Positions 42,067 to 51,501 of a stretch of DNA of 64,000 bases are shown here, piece by piece. How positions within the stretch are numbered: position 1 is the stretch's first letter; each line of letters opens with the position of its first letter. A program made the position numbers and the translations under genes. The notes under the pieces were generated by a model that worked only from the letters and a program-made list of their open reading frames with translations, was not told the DNA's origin and did not search any database. Source of the DNA: Rickettsiales bacterium UBA1997 (lineage in GTDB: Bacteria; Pseudomonadota; Alphaproteobacteria; Rickettsiales; UBA1997); contig CAXNJM010000001.1 in assembly GCA_964202895.1 (NCBI GenBank), positions 909,675 through 973,674 of the forward strand, read 5' to 3'.

Positions 42067-43506
42067 ATGAACAATAAATTAAAATTATTTTTAACGATAT
42101 TATCTTTTAGCCTTCATAATGTTGATTTATCAATAGCTGGGGCTGTTTCTGGCAATGATGTTGAGCATCAAATATCATTGCAAAATGTTACAGTTTCTGC
42201 CGTTAAACATTATCCGCAAATTTTGTCATATTATCAAAAATTAAATATCGCTGAATCTAATTATTTAAGCACATTAGGGTTTTTTGATATAAAATTGAAG
42301 CAAGAATATATCGATAAAAGCCGTGGTTTTTATGATGGCAAAGTTTTTAATTCCTCGTTAGAAAAAGAACTTGGTTTCATGGGCAGTAAAATTTACACTG
42401 GTTATCGTAAATCTTTTAAAGGTTTCCCTGTTTATGAAGGCGATTCAATAACTAATAATGGCGGAGAATATCGTCTTGGCGGTAAAGTTTCATTGCTTAA
42501 AGATGGTATAATTGACAATGAAAGGTTGCAAATATTTTTATCTAATCTTGGAATCGAAGAAAGCAAGATTCAGCTAAAATTGATTAAAAAAGAAATTGAG
42601 CGAGATTCTACAAAAGCATATTATAAATCTGTTGCTTCGGCAAAAATTTTACAAATTTACGAAGAGCTTTACCAGCTATCAATTAAAAGGCAATCCCAAC
42701 TTGAAGAAAGGCTTAAAAAAGGCGATGTAGCTCAAATTATTGTTACTGAAAATAAGAAAAATGTTTTGCACCGCAAAAACTCATTAATTAAAGCAGAGCA
42801 AAATTTTATTAATGATGCAATTTATTTATCGCTCTTTTGCCGCGATGAAGCAGGCAAGCCCGTTATTATTAACAGAAATCAAATTATTGATAATAATTTT
42901 TTGATTCATTCTATAAAAAATCATCAAATTATTCAAGATCTAGAGATTGCAACTGTTAATCGTCCAGAATTAAAGATATTAAATATTAAAAAAGAGCAAA
43001 ATTTAAAAGAGTTGCAATATGCAAAAAACTTAATCAAGCCTCAATTAGATGTTGATATTGCTATATCAAAAGATTTAGGAGGCGGTTCAATACAAAGGAA
43101 GCAAGCGAATAATAATCTTGCGGTTAATTTTTCGTTGCCATTACAGCAAAGAGAGGCTCGCGGTAAAATATCCGCCTTGCAAGCAAAATTAAAATCATTA
43201 TCATTTGAAAAGCAATTAATTATAGAAAAAATAAAAAACGAACTTGAGCAAATTAATGTGCAAATTAGTGCTATTTTTCAGATTTATCAAAACCTTCAAG
43301 AAGAAGTAAAATTAGCGGAATTGCTGGAAAAATCAGAGAAAGAAAAATTTAAACAAGGTGCCAGTAATTTCTTTTTAGTTAATATCAGGGAGCAAGATAC
43401 CGCTATTTCAAGGGTTGCAATTATTGAGATGGTTGAAAAATATCAATATATTTTAGCAGATTATAAAATGGCATTATTCATGGATGATGAAAATAAAGCT
43501 TCTTAA
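42067..43506 (+). CDS. TolC family outer-membrane channel
   Basis: Signal peptide, VKHYPQI, FKQGASNFFLVNIREQ; follows the MFP gene. Confidence 0.85.
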   Translation: MNNKLKLFLTILSFSLHNVDLSIAGAVSGNDVEHQISLQNVTVSAVKHYPQILSYYQKLNIAESNYLSTLGFFDIKLKQEYIDKSRGFYDGKVFNSSLEKELGFMGSKIYTGYRKSFKGFPVYEGDSITNNGGEYRLGGKVSLLKDGIIDNERLQIFLSNLGIEESKIQLKLIKKEIERDSTKAYYKSVASAKILQIYEELYQLSIKRQSQLEERLKKGDVAQIIVTENKKNVLHRKNSLIKAEQNFINDAIYLSLFCRDEAGKPVIINRNQIIDNNFLIHSIKNHQIIQDLEIATVNRPELKILNIKKEQNLKELQYAKNLIKPQLDVDIAISKDLGGGSIQRKQANNNLAVNFSLPLQQREARGKISALQAKLKSLSFEKQLIIEKIKNELEQINVQISAIFQIYQNLQEEVKLAELLEKSEKEKFKQGASNFFLVNIREQDTAISRVAIIEMVEKYQYILADYKMALFMDDENKAS

Positions 43507-43510
43507 GCCT

Positions 43511-44965
43511 TTATTCTTTTAAGATCATCTTGCCATCGCTTAGTTCAACATTTATAAATTTTGTTGATTTTAAGCTTTCTATCGAAGAAATTACCTTATT
43601 ATCTTGATTGGTTAAAATAGCAAAGCCACGAGATAATAATTTGCGGTAACTTGAGTTATTTAATAAATTATCGAGATATTCTAATTGCTTTTCTTTTTCA
43701 TTGATATTTTGAATTGCAATATTTGTTATCGATTTTTCAACTTTCGCAAGATTTTTATAGTGATTATCTAATTTATTTGCAAGCTGATTAGCGAAATATT
43801 GGTCTGAAAACCTATTTAAAGCAATTAATTTTTGAGAATTAATGATATAATTATTAAGGTAAAATTGAATATTTTGAAAATTATTATCCACCATTTGTTG
43901 AAATTTAGCTAAATTACTCTCAAAGCCCGAAAAAATATAATCTAGGCGGGTAATTTTATTTTTTGCTGAATCTAGATAATTTAAAATTTGATAATTAATT
44001 TGTTGGGTTAATGTTTTTAACCTATCTTGATATTTTTGATAAATTTCTGCAGGCTCTTTTAATTGATTTTTTAATGACTCTAATTTATGTTCAAGAAAAT
44101 TGTAATGTTTTTGAAATAATTGATGGCAATGAAGATATATTTTATCTAAATGTTTTTGGATTTCATAAAGTGAGGGAACTGCCATTTCTGCAGAAGCGGT
44201 TGGAGTTGGTGCCCTAGCATCGGCAACTAAATCAAGCAAGCTATTATCAGTTTCGTGTCCTATTGCTGATATAACTGGTATTTGCGACATAAAAACGGCT
44301 TTAACAAGAGCTTCATCATTAAAAGGCATTAAATCCTCAAAAGAGCCTCCACCCCTTGCAATTATTATAACATCTGGTTTATTTTGTGATAAATGATTAA
44401 AATATTTCAATGCTTCAATAATTTGTTCGACAGATTTCTCTCCTTGTGTTAGGGTTGGATAAAGCATAATGTGGCTAGGAAAGCGATTGGCAATTCTATT
44501 TTTAATATCCTCAATTACCGCTCCCGTCTCTGAGGTAATAATGCCAATGATTTTTGGCATAAAGGGCAGTGGCTTTTTATGGATATTATCAAAAAAACCT
44601 TCTGCCAATAATTTTTGTTTTCTTTTTTCCAGCATTTCTAATATTGCTCCAATCCCTGCGATTTCTGCCTTATCAACAATAATTTGGTAAGAAGACCTGC
44701 CTTCATAACTTGTTATTTTGCCATTTACAACAATTTCAAGACCATCGCCAATTGCAAAATTAATATTATTAGCAGAATTTTTGAAGCATACTGCACTTAA
44801 TAAGGCTCCGCCTTCTCTTAAATTAAAATAATAGTGCCCGCTACTGGCTTTTTTAAAGCCCGTAACTTCGCCTTTAATGCGAACATAGCCGAATCTGTCT
44901 TCAAGAGTCATTTTTATTGCTCTTGAGAATTCAGTAACTGTAAATTCAGGAATATTGTTTTGCAT
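43511..44965 (-). CDS. xseA: Exodeoxyribonuclease VII large subunit
   Basis: GEVTGFK, SGHYYF, TSETGAVIEDI, ARGGGSFEDL, GHETD, TPTASA. Confidence 0.95.
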   Translation of the reverse strand: MQNNIPEFTVTEFSRAIKMTLEDRFGYVRIKGEVTGFKKASSGHYYFNLREGGALLSAVCFKNSANNINFAIGDGLEIVVNGKITSYEGRSSYQIIVDKAEIAGIGAILEMLEKRKQKLLAEGFFDNIHKKPLPFMPKIIGIITSETGAVIEDIKNRIANRFPSHIMLYPTLTQGEKSVEQIIEALKYFNHLSQNKPDVIIIARGGGSFEDLMPFNDEALVKAVFMSQIPVISAIGHETDNSLLDLVADARAPTPTASAEMAVPSLYEIQKHLDKIYLHCHQLFQKHYNFLEHKLESLKNQLKEPAEIYQKYQDRLKTLTQQINYQILNYLDSAKNKITRLDYIFSGFESNLAKFQQMVDNNFQNIQFYLNNYIINSQKLIALNRFSDQYFANQLANKLDNHYKNLAKVEKSITNIAIQNINEKEKQLEYLDNLLNNSSYRKLLSRGFAILTNQDNKVISSIESLKSTKFINVELSDGKMILKE

Positions 44966-45193
44966 TTAGTTTAGAAAGAGCGAATAAAGAATTTAATGGC
45001 TATTTTAGATAGCAGAGTTTATTGAATTGTTTAAGTTAATCAGCTTAACAGGTTGGGCAGGAATAAGCCTATTCTTCGCTGAATTTACTTTGCACTAAAT
45101 TTAACTTGCACTAAATTTAATATTGATGCAATTTTGAAGTCAATATTTTATTTTTTGATAATATTTTTTTGGTAAAAAATCTAGATTTTTTAT

Positions 45194-45272
45194 GTCGGGA
45201 GCCACCACCACGCAAACCCGGCGTGTATGTTCATATTCGCGCGAAGCTCTTTTATTCTGACATACTCCCGAC
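45194..45272. ncRNA. Unassigned structured GC-rich element (3-way junction candidate)
   Basis: P1 GTCGGGAG/CTCCCGAC, CACGC/GCGTG, TATGT/ACATA within an otherwise very AT-rich 640-bp gap. Confidence 0.5.
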
Positions 45273-45607
45273 GGCGAACATTTTTAACATTAATTTTTTT
45301 TAAGCAAGATTTTTTTTAACAAATTTTACCAACCCAACGAGTTAAAGGGTTTATAGCTATTAATTTTTAGGTAAAATTCTAGTAAAGTTTAATATTATCA
45401 GTTGTCAAATATTGATAAGAAAGCAATAAATTTTAAGTAAATTTGTTGCTTATTAGAAAGTAATTTATATTTTAAAATTTGATTAAATAATCGATAATCT
45501 AATTTAATTTAATCTTCTTTTTCAAGGTGTTAGTGCTTATCAAGCATTGATAGAAATTGTAAAAAGGCTTAAAATAGCCCTCTTTATTAACTTATTTGCA
45601 TCACAAA

Positions 45608-48226
45608 ATGCTTCAAATTATTGCTAAAAAAATTTTTGGTTCGGTTAACGACAGATCAATAAAAGCTTTACAGCTAGATGTTATTAAAATTAATGAGTTG
45701 GAGTCTTCCATTTCAAAGCTTAGCGATATAGAATTGCAAAACAAAACCAACGAATTTAAGGAGTATCTTAAAAATGGTGGCAAAGTTGACGATTTACTTC
45801 ATCAAGCATTTGCAGTGGTTAGAGAAGCTTCTAAAAGAATATTGCAAATGAGGCATTTTGATGTCCAATTAATAGGCGGTATAGCTCTTCATCAAGGAAA
45901 AATAGCAGAAATGAGAACCGGAGAAGGTAAAACCCTAGCCGCAACCTTGCCGTGTTATTTAAACGGCCTTACAGGCAGAGGAGTTCACCTCGTCACAATA
46001 AACGATTATCTTGCTAAAAGAGATTCCGAATGGATGGGTAGGTTATATCAATTTCTTGGACTTACTGTTGGCTGTATAACTTCTGAAAGCGATGAAGTTG
46101 CTAGAAGAAATGCTTATAATTGCGATATCACCTATGCTACTAATAACGAACTCGGTTTTGATTATCTTAGAGACCAAATAAAATATAGCCTTGAAGATAC
46201 TGTACAAAAGCCAAAATATTATGCTATTGTCGATGAGGTTGATTCCATATTAATTGATGAAGCAAGAACTCCTCTGATAATTTCTGGGCCAACTAACGAT
46301 AATTCAAGGCTTTACCAGCAAATTAATCAATTTATTCCACTACTAAAGAAAGAAGATTATCTTGTTGATGAAAAGGAAAAGGCGGTTTCATTTACCGAGC
46401 AAGGCATTGAAAATGTTGAAACGATGCTAAAAAATAGCGGTGTTATTGAAGTTGATTCTAATATCTATGATGCGATAAATATATTACTAGTTCACCATCT
46501 TAATCAAGCATTAAAAGCACATAAAATTTTTAAAAATGAAATTGACTACATTGTTAAAAATGGCTCAGTAATAATCATTGATGAATTTACTGGTAGAATG
46601 CAAGAAGGCAGAAGATTCTCCGATGGATTGCATCAAGCTCTTGAGGCAAAAGAGGGGATAAAAATTCGCAATGAAAATCAAACTCTCGCCTCAATTACTT
46701 TTCAAAATTATTTTCGTCTTTATGAAAAACTTGCAGGCATGACGGGAACCGCTTCCACCGAAGCATTGGAGTTCGAGGAAATATATAATCTCAAAGTAAT
46801 AGAAATTCCAACCAATCAAGCAATTGCAAGAATTGATGAAGAAGATGAAATTTATAAAACAGAAAAAGCAAAACTAGATGCAGTATTCAAAACCATTAAA
46901 ACTTGCTATGAAAAAGAACAGCCAGTTTTAGTTGGAACAATCAGCATCGAGAAATCTGAGCAAATCTCTAAATTACTCAAAGACAATAAACTGCCTCACA
47001 ATGTTTTGAATGCTAAATATCATCAACAAGAAGCTGAAATTGTTGCGCAAGCAGGTGCTCCAAAAGCAATTACTATTGCTACTAATATGGCAGGAAGGGG
47101 AACCGATATTAAGCTTGGCGGTAATATTGAGAAATTGATAGGAACAGAAACTGACCATGAAAAAATAAAAAATATTGAGGCAGAATTTACAAAAAACAAA
47201 GAAAGGGTTATTAAATCTGGAGGGCTTTATATTATTGGCACAGAAAGACATGAAAGCCGAAGGATAGATAACCAATTAAGAGGTAGATCAGGAAGGCAAG
47301 GAGACCCCGGAAATTCCAAATTCTTTCTTTCGCTTGAAGATGACTTAATGAGAATATTTGGCTCTGAGAAGCTTGGATACATGCTCTCTAAATTGGGCTT
47401 GGAAGATGATGAGGCTATTATTCATCCTTGGATTACTAAAACTCTTGAAAAGGCACAGCAGAAAGTGGAAACAAGAAATTACGAAATTCGTAAAAATCTA
47501 CTGAAATATGACGATGTAATGAATCAGCAAAGAAAAATCATCTTTGCATTAAGGGAAGATATACTCACAGGTGCTCAAATTATTGAAAGAATCAATGAAA
47601 TAAGCAAAGAAATTAACCAGCATGTTGTCAATAGCTATTTAAAAAGCAATATAGAGCACAGCGATTATGCATTAGAAGCAGAAAAGCTAGACAATGAAAT
47701 GATTAGAATTTACGGAATTAAAATCAATTCTTATCAAATTATTGAAGAGCAAAATTTTAATCATAAGGCGGTAGAAGAAGTGATAAATCAACAAACTGCT
47801 AAAATATTCAAAGATAAAGTGGAATTATATGGAGAAAGTTCATTTAAACAAGCGACAACTGAAATTTTTCTCTCCACCCTTGATTTTGAATGGAAGGATC
47901 ACCTTCTCTCTCTCGATAAATTAAGAAATTCTATTAATCTTAGGGCTTATGCACAAAAAGACCCTTTGCTTGAATATAAGAAAGAAGCTTTTGACCTATT
48001 TGAAGAAATGTTGGCAAGAATTGAAGAGCAAACAATTTCTTATTTATCTCATTTAAAAATATCGATGCAGAGCGATAGAAATAACGATTTAGACGACATA
48101 ATCAATAATAATCAAATTGCTAATTATCTTAATTCTGGTGATAAAAAAGAGCAATCAAGAAACGAATCTTGTTCGTGTGGAAGTGGAAAAAAATTCAAAT
48201 ATTGCCACGGCAAAATTGCTAGCTAA
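45608..48226 (+). CDS. secA: Preprotein translocase ATPase
   Basis: EMRTGEGKT, DEVDSILIDEARTPLII, TNMAGRGTDI, RSGRQGDPG, C-terminal CSCGSGKKFKYCH. Confidence 0.98.
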   Translation: MLQIIAKKIFGSVNDRSIKALQLDVIKINELESSISKLSDIELQNKTNEFKEYLKNGGKVDDLLHQAFAVVREASKRILQMRHFDVQLIGGIALHQGKIAEMRTGEGKTLAATLPCYLNGLTGRGVHLVTINDYLAKRDSEWMGRLYQFLGLTVGCITSESDEVARRNAYNCDITYATNNELGFDYLRDQIKYSLEDTVQKPKYYAIVDEVDSILIDEARTPLIISGPTNDNSRLYQQINQFIPLLKKEDYLVDEKEKAVSFTEQGIENVETMLKNSGVIEVDSNIYDAINILLVHHLNQALKAHKIFKNEIDYIVKNGSVIIIDEFTGRMQEGRRFSDGLHQALEAKEGIKIRNENQTLASITFQNYFRLYEKLAGMTGTASTEALEFEEIYNLKVIEIPTNQAIARIDEEDEIYKTEKAKLDAVFKTIKTCYEKEQPVLVGTISIEKSEQISKLLKDNKLPHNVLNAKYHQQEAEIVAQAGAPKAITIATNMAGRGTDIKLGGNIEKLIGTETDHEKIKNIEAEFTKNKERVIKSGGLYIIGTERHESRRIDNQLRGRSGRQGDPGNSKFFLSLEDDLMRIFGSEKLGYMLSKLGLEDDEAIIHPWITKTLEKAQQKVETRNYEIRKNLLKYDDVMNQQRKIIFALREDILTGAQIIERINEISKEINQHVVNSYLKSNIEHSDYALEAEKLDNEMIRIYGIKINSYQIIEEQNFNHKAVEEVINQQTAKIFKDKVELYGESSFKQATTEIFLSTLDFEWKDHLLSLDKLRNSINLRAYAQKDPLLEYKKEAFDLFEEMLARIEEQTISYLSHLKISMQSDRNNDLDDIINNNQIANYLNSGDKKEQSRNESCSCGSGKKFKYCHGKIAS

Positions 48227-48332
48227 ATATTAAATTGAGACATAGGTGATTATATACTTATCTCCCCTAATTTCTCTTGACAAGTTGTTTCGCTCCTTTA
48301 TTATGTAGGCATTAACAACAAAAAGATTTTTT

Positions 48333-49262
48333 ATGAGAAATTTTAAAAACTTAATGGACTTCGCAACTTTCTTCAAAACAGAAGAAAAATGTCATAAGTA
48401 TTTGAAGTCTATTTTGTGGCAAGAAGGCTTATATTTCGCTTTCTGCGGTGCTGACAAAATCCACCAATACGAATCAAACTTTAAGAAAAATCGCTGCTAC
48501 TCCTGCAAACAAGATTTCTCAATCCGTAAGGGAACGATCTTTGATTCTTCTCGACTAAGCCTGCAAAAATGGTTCATGTGCATCTATCTAGTTAATTCAA
48601 ACAAAAAGGGCATCTCAATTTGTCAGTTGGCTAATCAAGTTGGGATTATTCAGAAGTCAGCTTGGTTTGTTTTGCAAAGAATTAGAGAGACTTACCAATC
48701 TAATGATTTCACTAATCCATTTAACGGCATCACAGAAATTGATGAGGCTTACTTGGGAGGCAAAGAAGAAAACAGACATGCAAAAGATAAGAGGCTAACG
48801 GGTAGAAAAGAAAAGGCGGTTATAATTGACTTAGTAAATAGAGATACAAAGCAGGTTAAAGCATTGAAAGTTGTTAGCTCGCAAGCTGAATATCTATTGC
48901 CTAAAATTTACATGAATGTTGCCGACAACTCAACGATCATCACCGACACTTTACAGGCTTATAAACCACTTAAAAAACACTACGATCACAAAACAATTAA
49001 ATACTCCGCTGGTGAATATATTAAGAACAATTCACGAGTAGCTTTCAAGATTCACACCAACACGATTGAGGGATTTTGGGGTGAATTAAAACGAGACATA
49101 AAAGGAATTTATCACTGGGCAAGCCAAAAACATATTCAAAAATATTGCAATGAATTTGCTTATCGTTATAACAATAGAGAAATGAAAAATAACGAAAGAT
49201 TCGTAGATTTTCTTAGTGGTGTGGCAAATACGAAATTAACTTATAAAACTTTAACAGCATAA
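48333..49262 (+). CDS. IS1595-family transposase
   Basis: Zn-ribbon + HTH, EIDEAYLGG, IITD, HTNTIEGFW, YCNEFAYRYN. Confidence 0.92.
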   Translation: MRNFKNLMDFATFFKTEEKCHKYLKSILWQEGLYFAFCGADKIHQYESNFKKNRCYSCKQDFSIRKGTIFDSSRLSLQKWFMCIYLVNSNKKGISICQLANQVGIIQKSAWFVLQRIRETYQSNDFTNPFNGITEIDEAYLGGKEENRHAKDKRLTGRKEKAVIIDLVNRDTKQVKALKVVSSQAEYLLPKIYMNVADNSTIITDTLQAYKPLKKHYDHKTIKYSAGEYIKNNSRVAFKIHTNTIEGFWGELKRDIKGIYHWASQKHIQKYCNEFAYRYNNREMKNNERFVDFLSGVANTKLTYKTLTA

Positions 49263-49265
49263 ACT

Positions 49266-50624
49266 ATGAGACAAAGAGCTATAAGGATTACTGAGCTTCA
49301 GGATAGGCAAATGAATTTTGGTCAAGTTATCAATGTTTTAAATAGTTCAGCAAAACGACCAAAGAAGAAAAACCTAACATTTATTGATCTATTTGCGGGT
49401 TTGGGAGGAATTAGACTTGGCTTTGAAAAGGCATGCGAAGAATTAAACATTAAATCTAAATGTGTATTTTCTAGCGAAATAAAAGAGCATGCTGTTCAGA
49501 CTTATGCCAATAACTTTAAAGACGAAGAAATTCATGGCGACATCACAAAAGTTGATGAAAAGAAAATGCCAGATTTTGATTATTTACTAGCTGGCTTTCC
49601 ATGCCAAGCCTTCAGTAGTGCTGGAAAAAGACAGGGCTTTTCTGATATAAGAGGAACATTGTTTTTTGATATTGTCAGAATTTTAAAAGCAAAAAAACCG
49701 GAAGGTTTTATTTTAGAAAATGTTGAGGGGCTTGTTGTTCATAACAACGGAGACACTTTTCAAACTATTATAAAAGAATTAGATAATTTGAATTATAAAG
49801 TTTCTTGGAGAGTTTTAAACGCTTCAGATTTTGGAATACCGCAAAACAGAAAAAGGGTTTATATTGTTGGGCATTTAAAAAGAAAAATTGACCTAGATAA
49901 TTTTGAGAAAAAGTCCTGCTCATTGAATGATATTATTGATAACAAACATATCGAGAAGCCAAGTAAATTTGTTAATCTTCTGTTAGAGCATTACTCAATC
50001 AAAGAATTAGCTGGCAAATCTATAAAAGATAGAAGGGGTGGGGATAATAATATACACAGCTGGGACATAGACTACAAAGGTAAAATTACGCAAAAACAGA
50101 AGGATTTGATGAATATTCTTCTTAAAAAAAGAAGAATGAAGAAATGGGCTATAGAAAAAGGAATAGAGTGGATGGATGGAATGCCGCTTACTATTGATGA
50201 AATTTCAACTTTTTATGATGATAAAAATCTGAAGCAAATGCTCGAAGACCTAGTGAAAAAGGGTTATTTGAAATTTGAACATCCAAAAAATCTATTTATT
50301 GAGAATGGTTCTAAAATAAGAAAATACGACATAACGAAGTCAAAAGGTTATAATATCGTTGCTGGCAAACTCTCGTTTCCTTTATCTACAATCCTTTCTC
50401 CCTCTGGAATAGCCCCAACTATAGTTGCAACTGAGGCCGGAAAAATCGCAATAGCGACAAAAAAATGTATTAGAAATTTAACGGTCAGAGAAGGACTTAG
50501 ATTATTTGGATATCCAGATAATTACAAAATGGATGATATTGATTATACCAAGGCTTTTGATCTCTTGGGAAACACTGTAATACCTCCAGTTATAGCAGAA
50601 ATAACAAAAAGAATTTTTAAATAA
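49266..50624 (+). CDS. C5-cytosine DNA methyltransferase
   Basis: DLFAGLGG, GFPCQAFS, ENV, PQNRKRVY, GNTV. Confidence 0.97.
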   Translation: MRQRAIRITELQDRQMNFGQVINVLNSSAKRPKKKNLTFIDLFAGLGGIRLGFEKACEELNIKSKCVFSSEIKEHAVQTYANNFKDEEIHGDITKVDEKKMPDFDYLLAGFPCQAFSSAGKRQGFSDIRGTLFFDIVRILKAKKPEGFILENVEGLVVHNNGDTFQTIIKELDNLNYKVSWRVLNASDFGIPQNRKRVYIVGHLKRKIDLDNFEKKSCSLNDIIDNKHIEKPSKFVNLLLEHYSIKELAGKSIKDRRGGDNNIHSWDIDYKGKITQKQKDLMNILLKKRRMKKWAIEKGIEWMDGMPLTIDEISTFYDDKNLKQMLEDLVKKGYLKFEHPKNLFIENGSKIRKYDITKSKGYNIVAGKLSFPLSTILSPSGIAPTIVATEAGKIAIATKKCIRNLTVREGLRLFGYPDNYKMDDIDYTKAFDLLGNTVIPPVIAEITKRIFK

Positions 50625-51289
50625 TGTCAGCTCAATCTCTCTTTAATGCACTGAAAGCAAAAAACATAATTGGATCTCATGGAACGGTTTATTTTGAGAT
50701 GCAGAATTCAAAATGTGTAATTAATGACAGCAGCATTATCGGCAATGTAATACAATCTTGGCTTCAAGATTTTATGAATAAAAACAATATCCAATACCGC
50801 ACAGTTGATAACACGCAGGAATTTCCTGATTTTTATCTCTCTCAAGATAAAAACGATGTAGAATTATTAGAGGTCAAATGTTTTACAAAAAGTGCAAATT
50901 TTGATGTAGCTAACTTCCTGTCCTATTGCCACTCAATACTAGAAAAACCATATAGACTCAATGCTGATTATCTAATTTTTGAGTACAGCACCTCGGAAAA
51001 TGGAATAATAATCAAAAATATTTGGTTAAAAAAGGTTTGGGAAATATGTGGTGGTTCGGACAGGTCGGCTATCAAGATTCAATGGAAAAAGGGTCAAGCC
51101 TACAACATAAGACCGTCAACTTGGTATGGCACTAAAAAGGTAAAATATCCCGCTTTTTCTACCAGATTAGATTTCATAAAAGGGCTGCAAGAAGTCTTAA
51201 ATACTCATTCTTCTGCCGATTCTTTGCGTAAAGATTTCGTTAAAAAAGTTAGTAAGCTTTTTAAAGAACAAACGAGCGAAGATCTATAA
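50624..51289 (+). CDS. Type II restriction endonuclease, NgoBV/NlaIV-like (GGNNCC inferred)
   Basis: IGNVIQSW, TQEFPDFY, LLEVK, FDVANF, DYLIF, WLKKVW, NIRPSTWY match NlaIV-family motifs as I recall them; ATG overlaps the MTase stop. Confidence 0.85.
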   Translation: MSAQSLFNALKAKNIIGSHGTVYFEMQNSKCVINDSSIIGNVIQSWLQDFMNKNNIQYRTVDNTQEFPDFYLSQDKNDVELLEVKCFTKSANFDVANFLSYCHSILEKPYRLNADYLIFEYSTSENGIIIKNIWLKKVWEICGGSDRSAIKIQWKKGQAYNIRPSTWYGTKKVKYPAFSTRLDFIKGLQEVLNTHSSADSLRKDFVKKVSKLFKEQTSEDL

Positions 51290-51367
51290 GGGGAAATAAG
51301 TATATAATCACCGAGACATAAAGAAATATGTTGAATTTTGTTTTTTTTGTTTGAGAATTACAAACTT

Positions 51368-51450
51368 GGTGAGAGTGGGCATTTTTATTTGTAAATCTGG
51401 TCAGATTTGAAAGAAAGCATCCATAGCAAGTTTGATGGGTTACTCTCACC
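51368..51450 (+). ncRNA. ffs: SRP (4.5S) RNA
   Basis: Terminal stem GGTGAGAGT/ACTCTCACC; domain IV TCAGATTTGAAAGAAAGCA vs canonical TCAGGTCCGGAAGGAAGCA; directly upstream of dnaX. Confidence 0.85.
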
Positions 51451-51501
51451 TTTGCCACACTTCAGTAAAAATAAAATTTAACCTCCACCTTATTTTCATT
51501 A

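Larger units (their letters stand above)
48245..51312 (+). mobile_element. IS1595-family transporter element carrying a Type II R-M system
   Basis: IRL 48245-48268 GGTGATTATATACTTATCTCCCCT; IRR 51289-51312 (1 mismatch in 24); 8-bp TSD GAGACATA at 48237-48244 and 51313-51320. Confidence 0.95.

Noticed and set aside
45090-45120. Tandem TTGCACTAAATTTAA x2 (16-bp period)
   Set aside because: Real but short; cannot be told apart from local slippage and no function can be supported
45209-45225. c-di-GMP-I riboswitch (ACGCAAA motif)
   Set aside because: The upstream GGCAAA/GAAA-tetraloop P2 arm is absent
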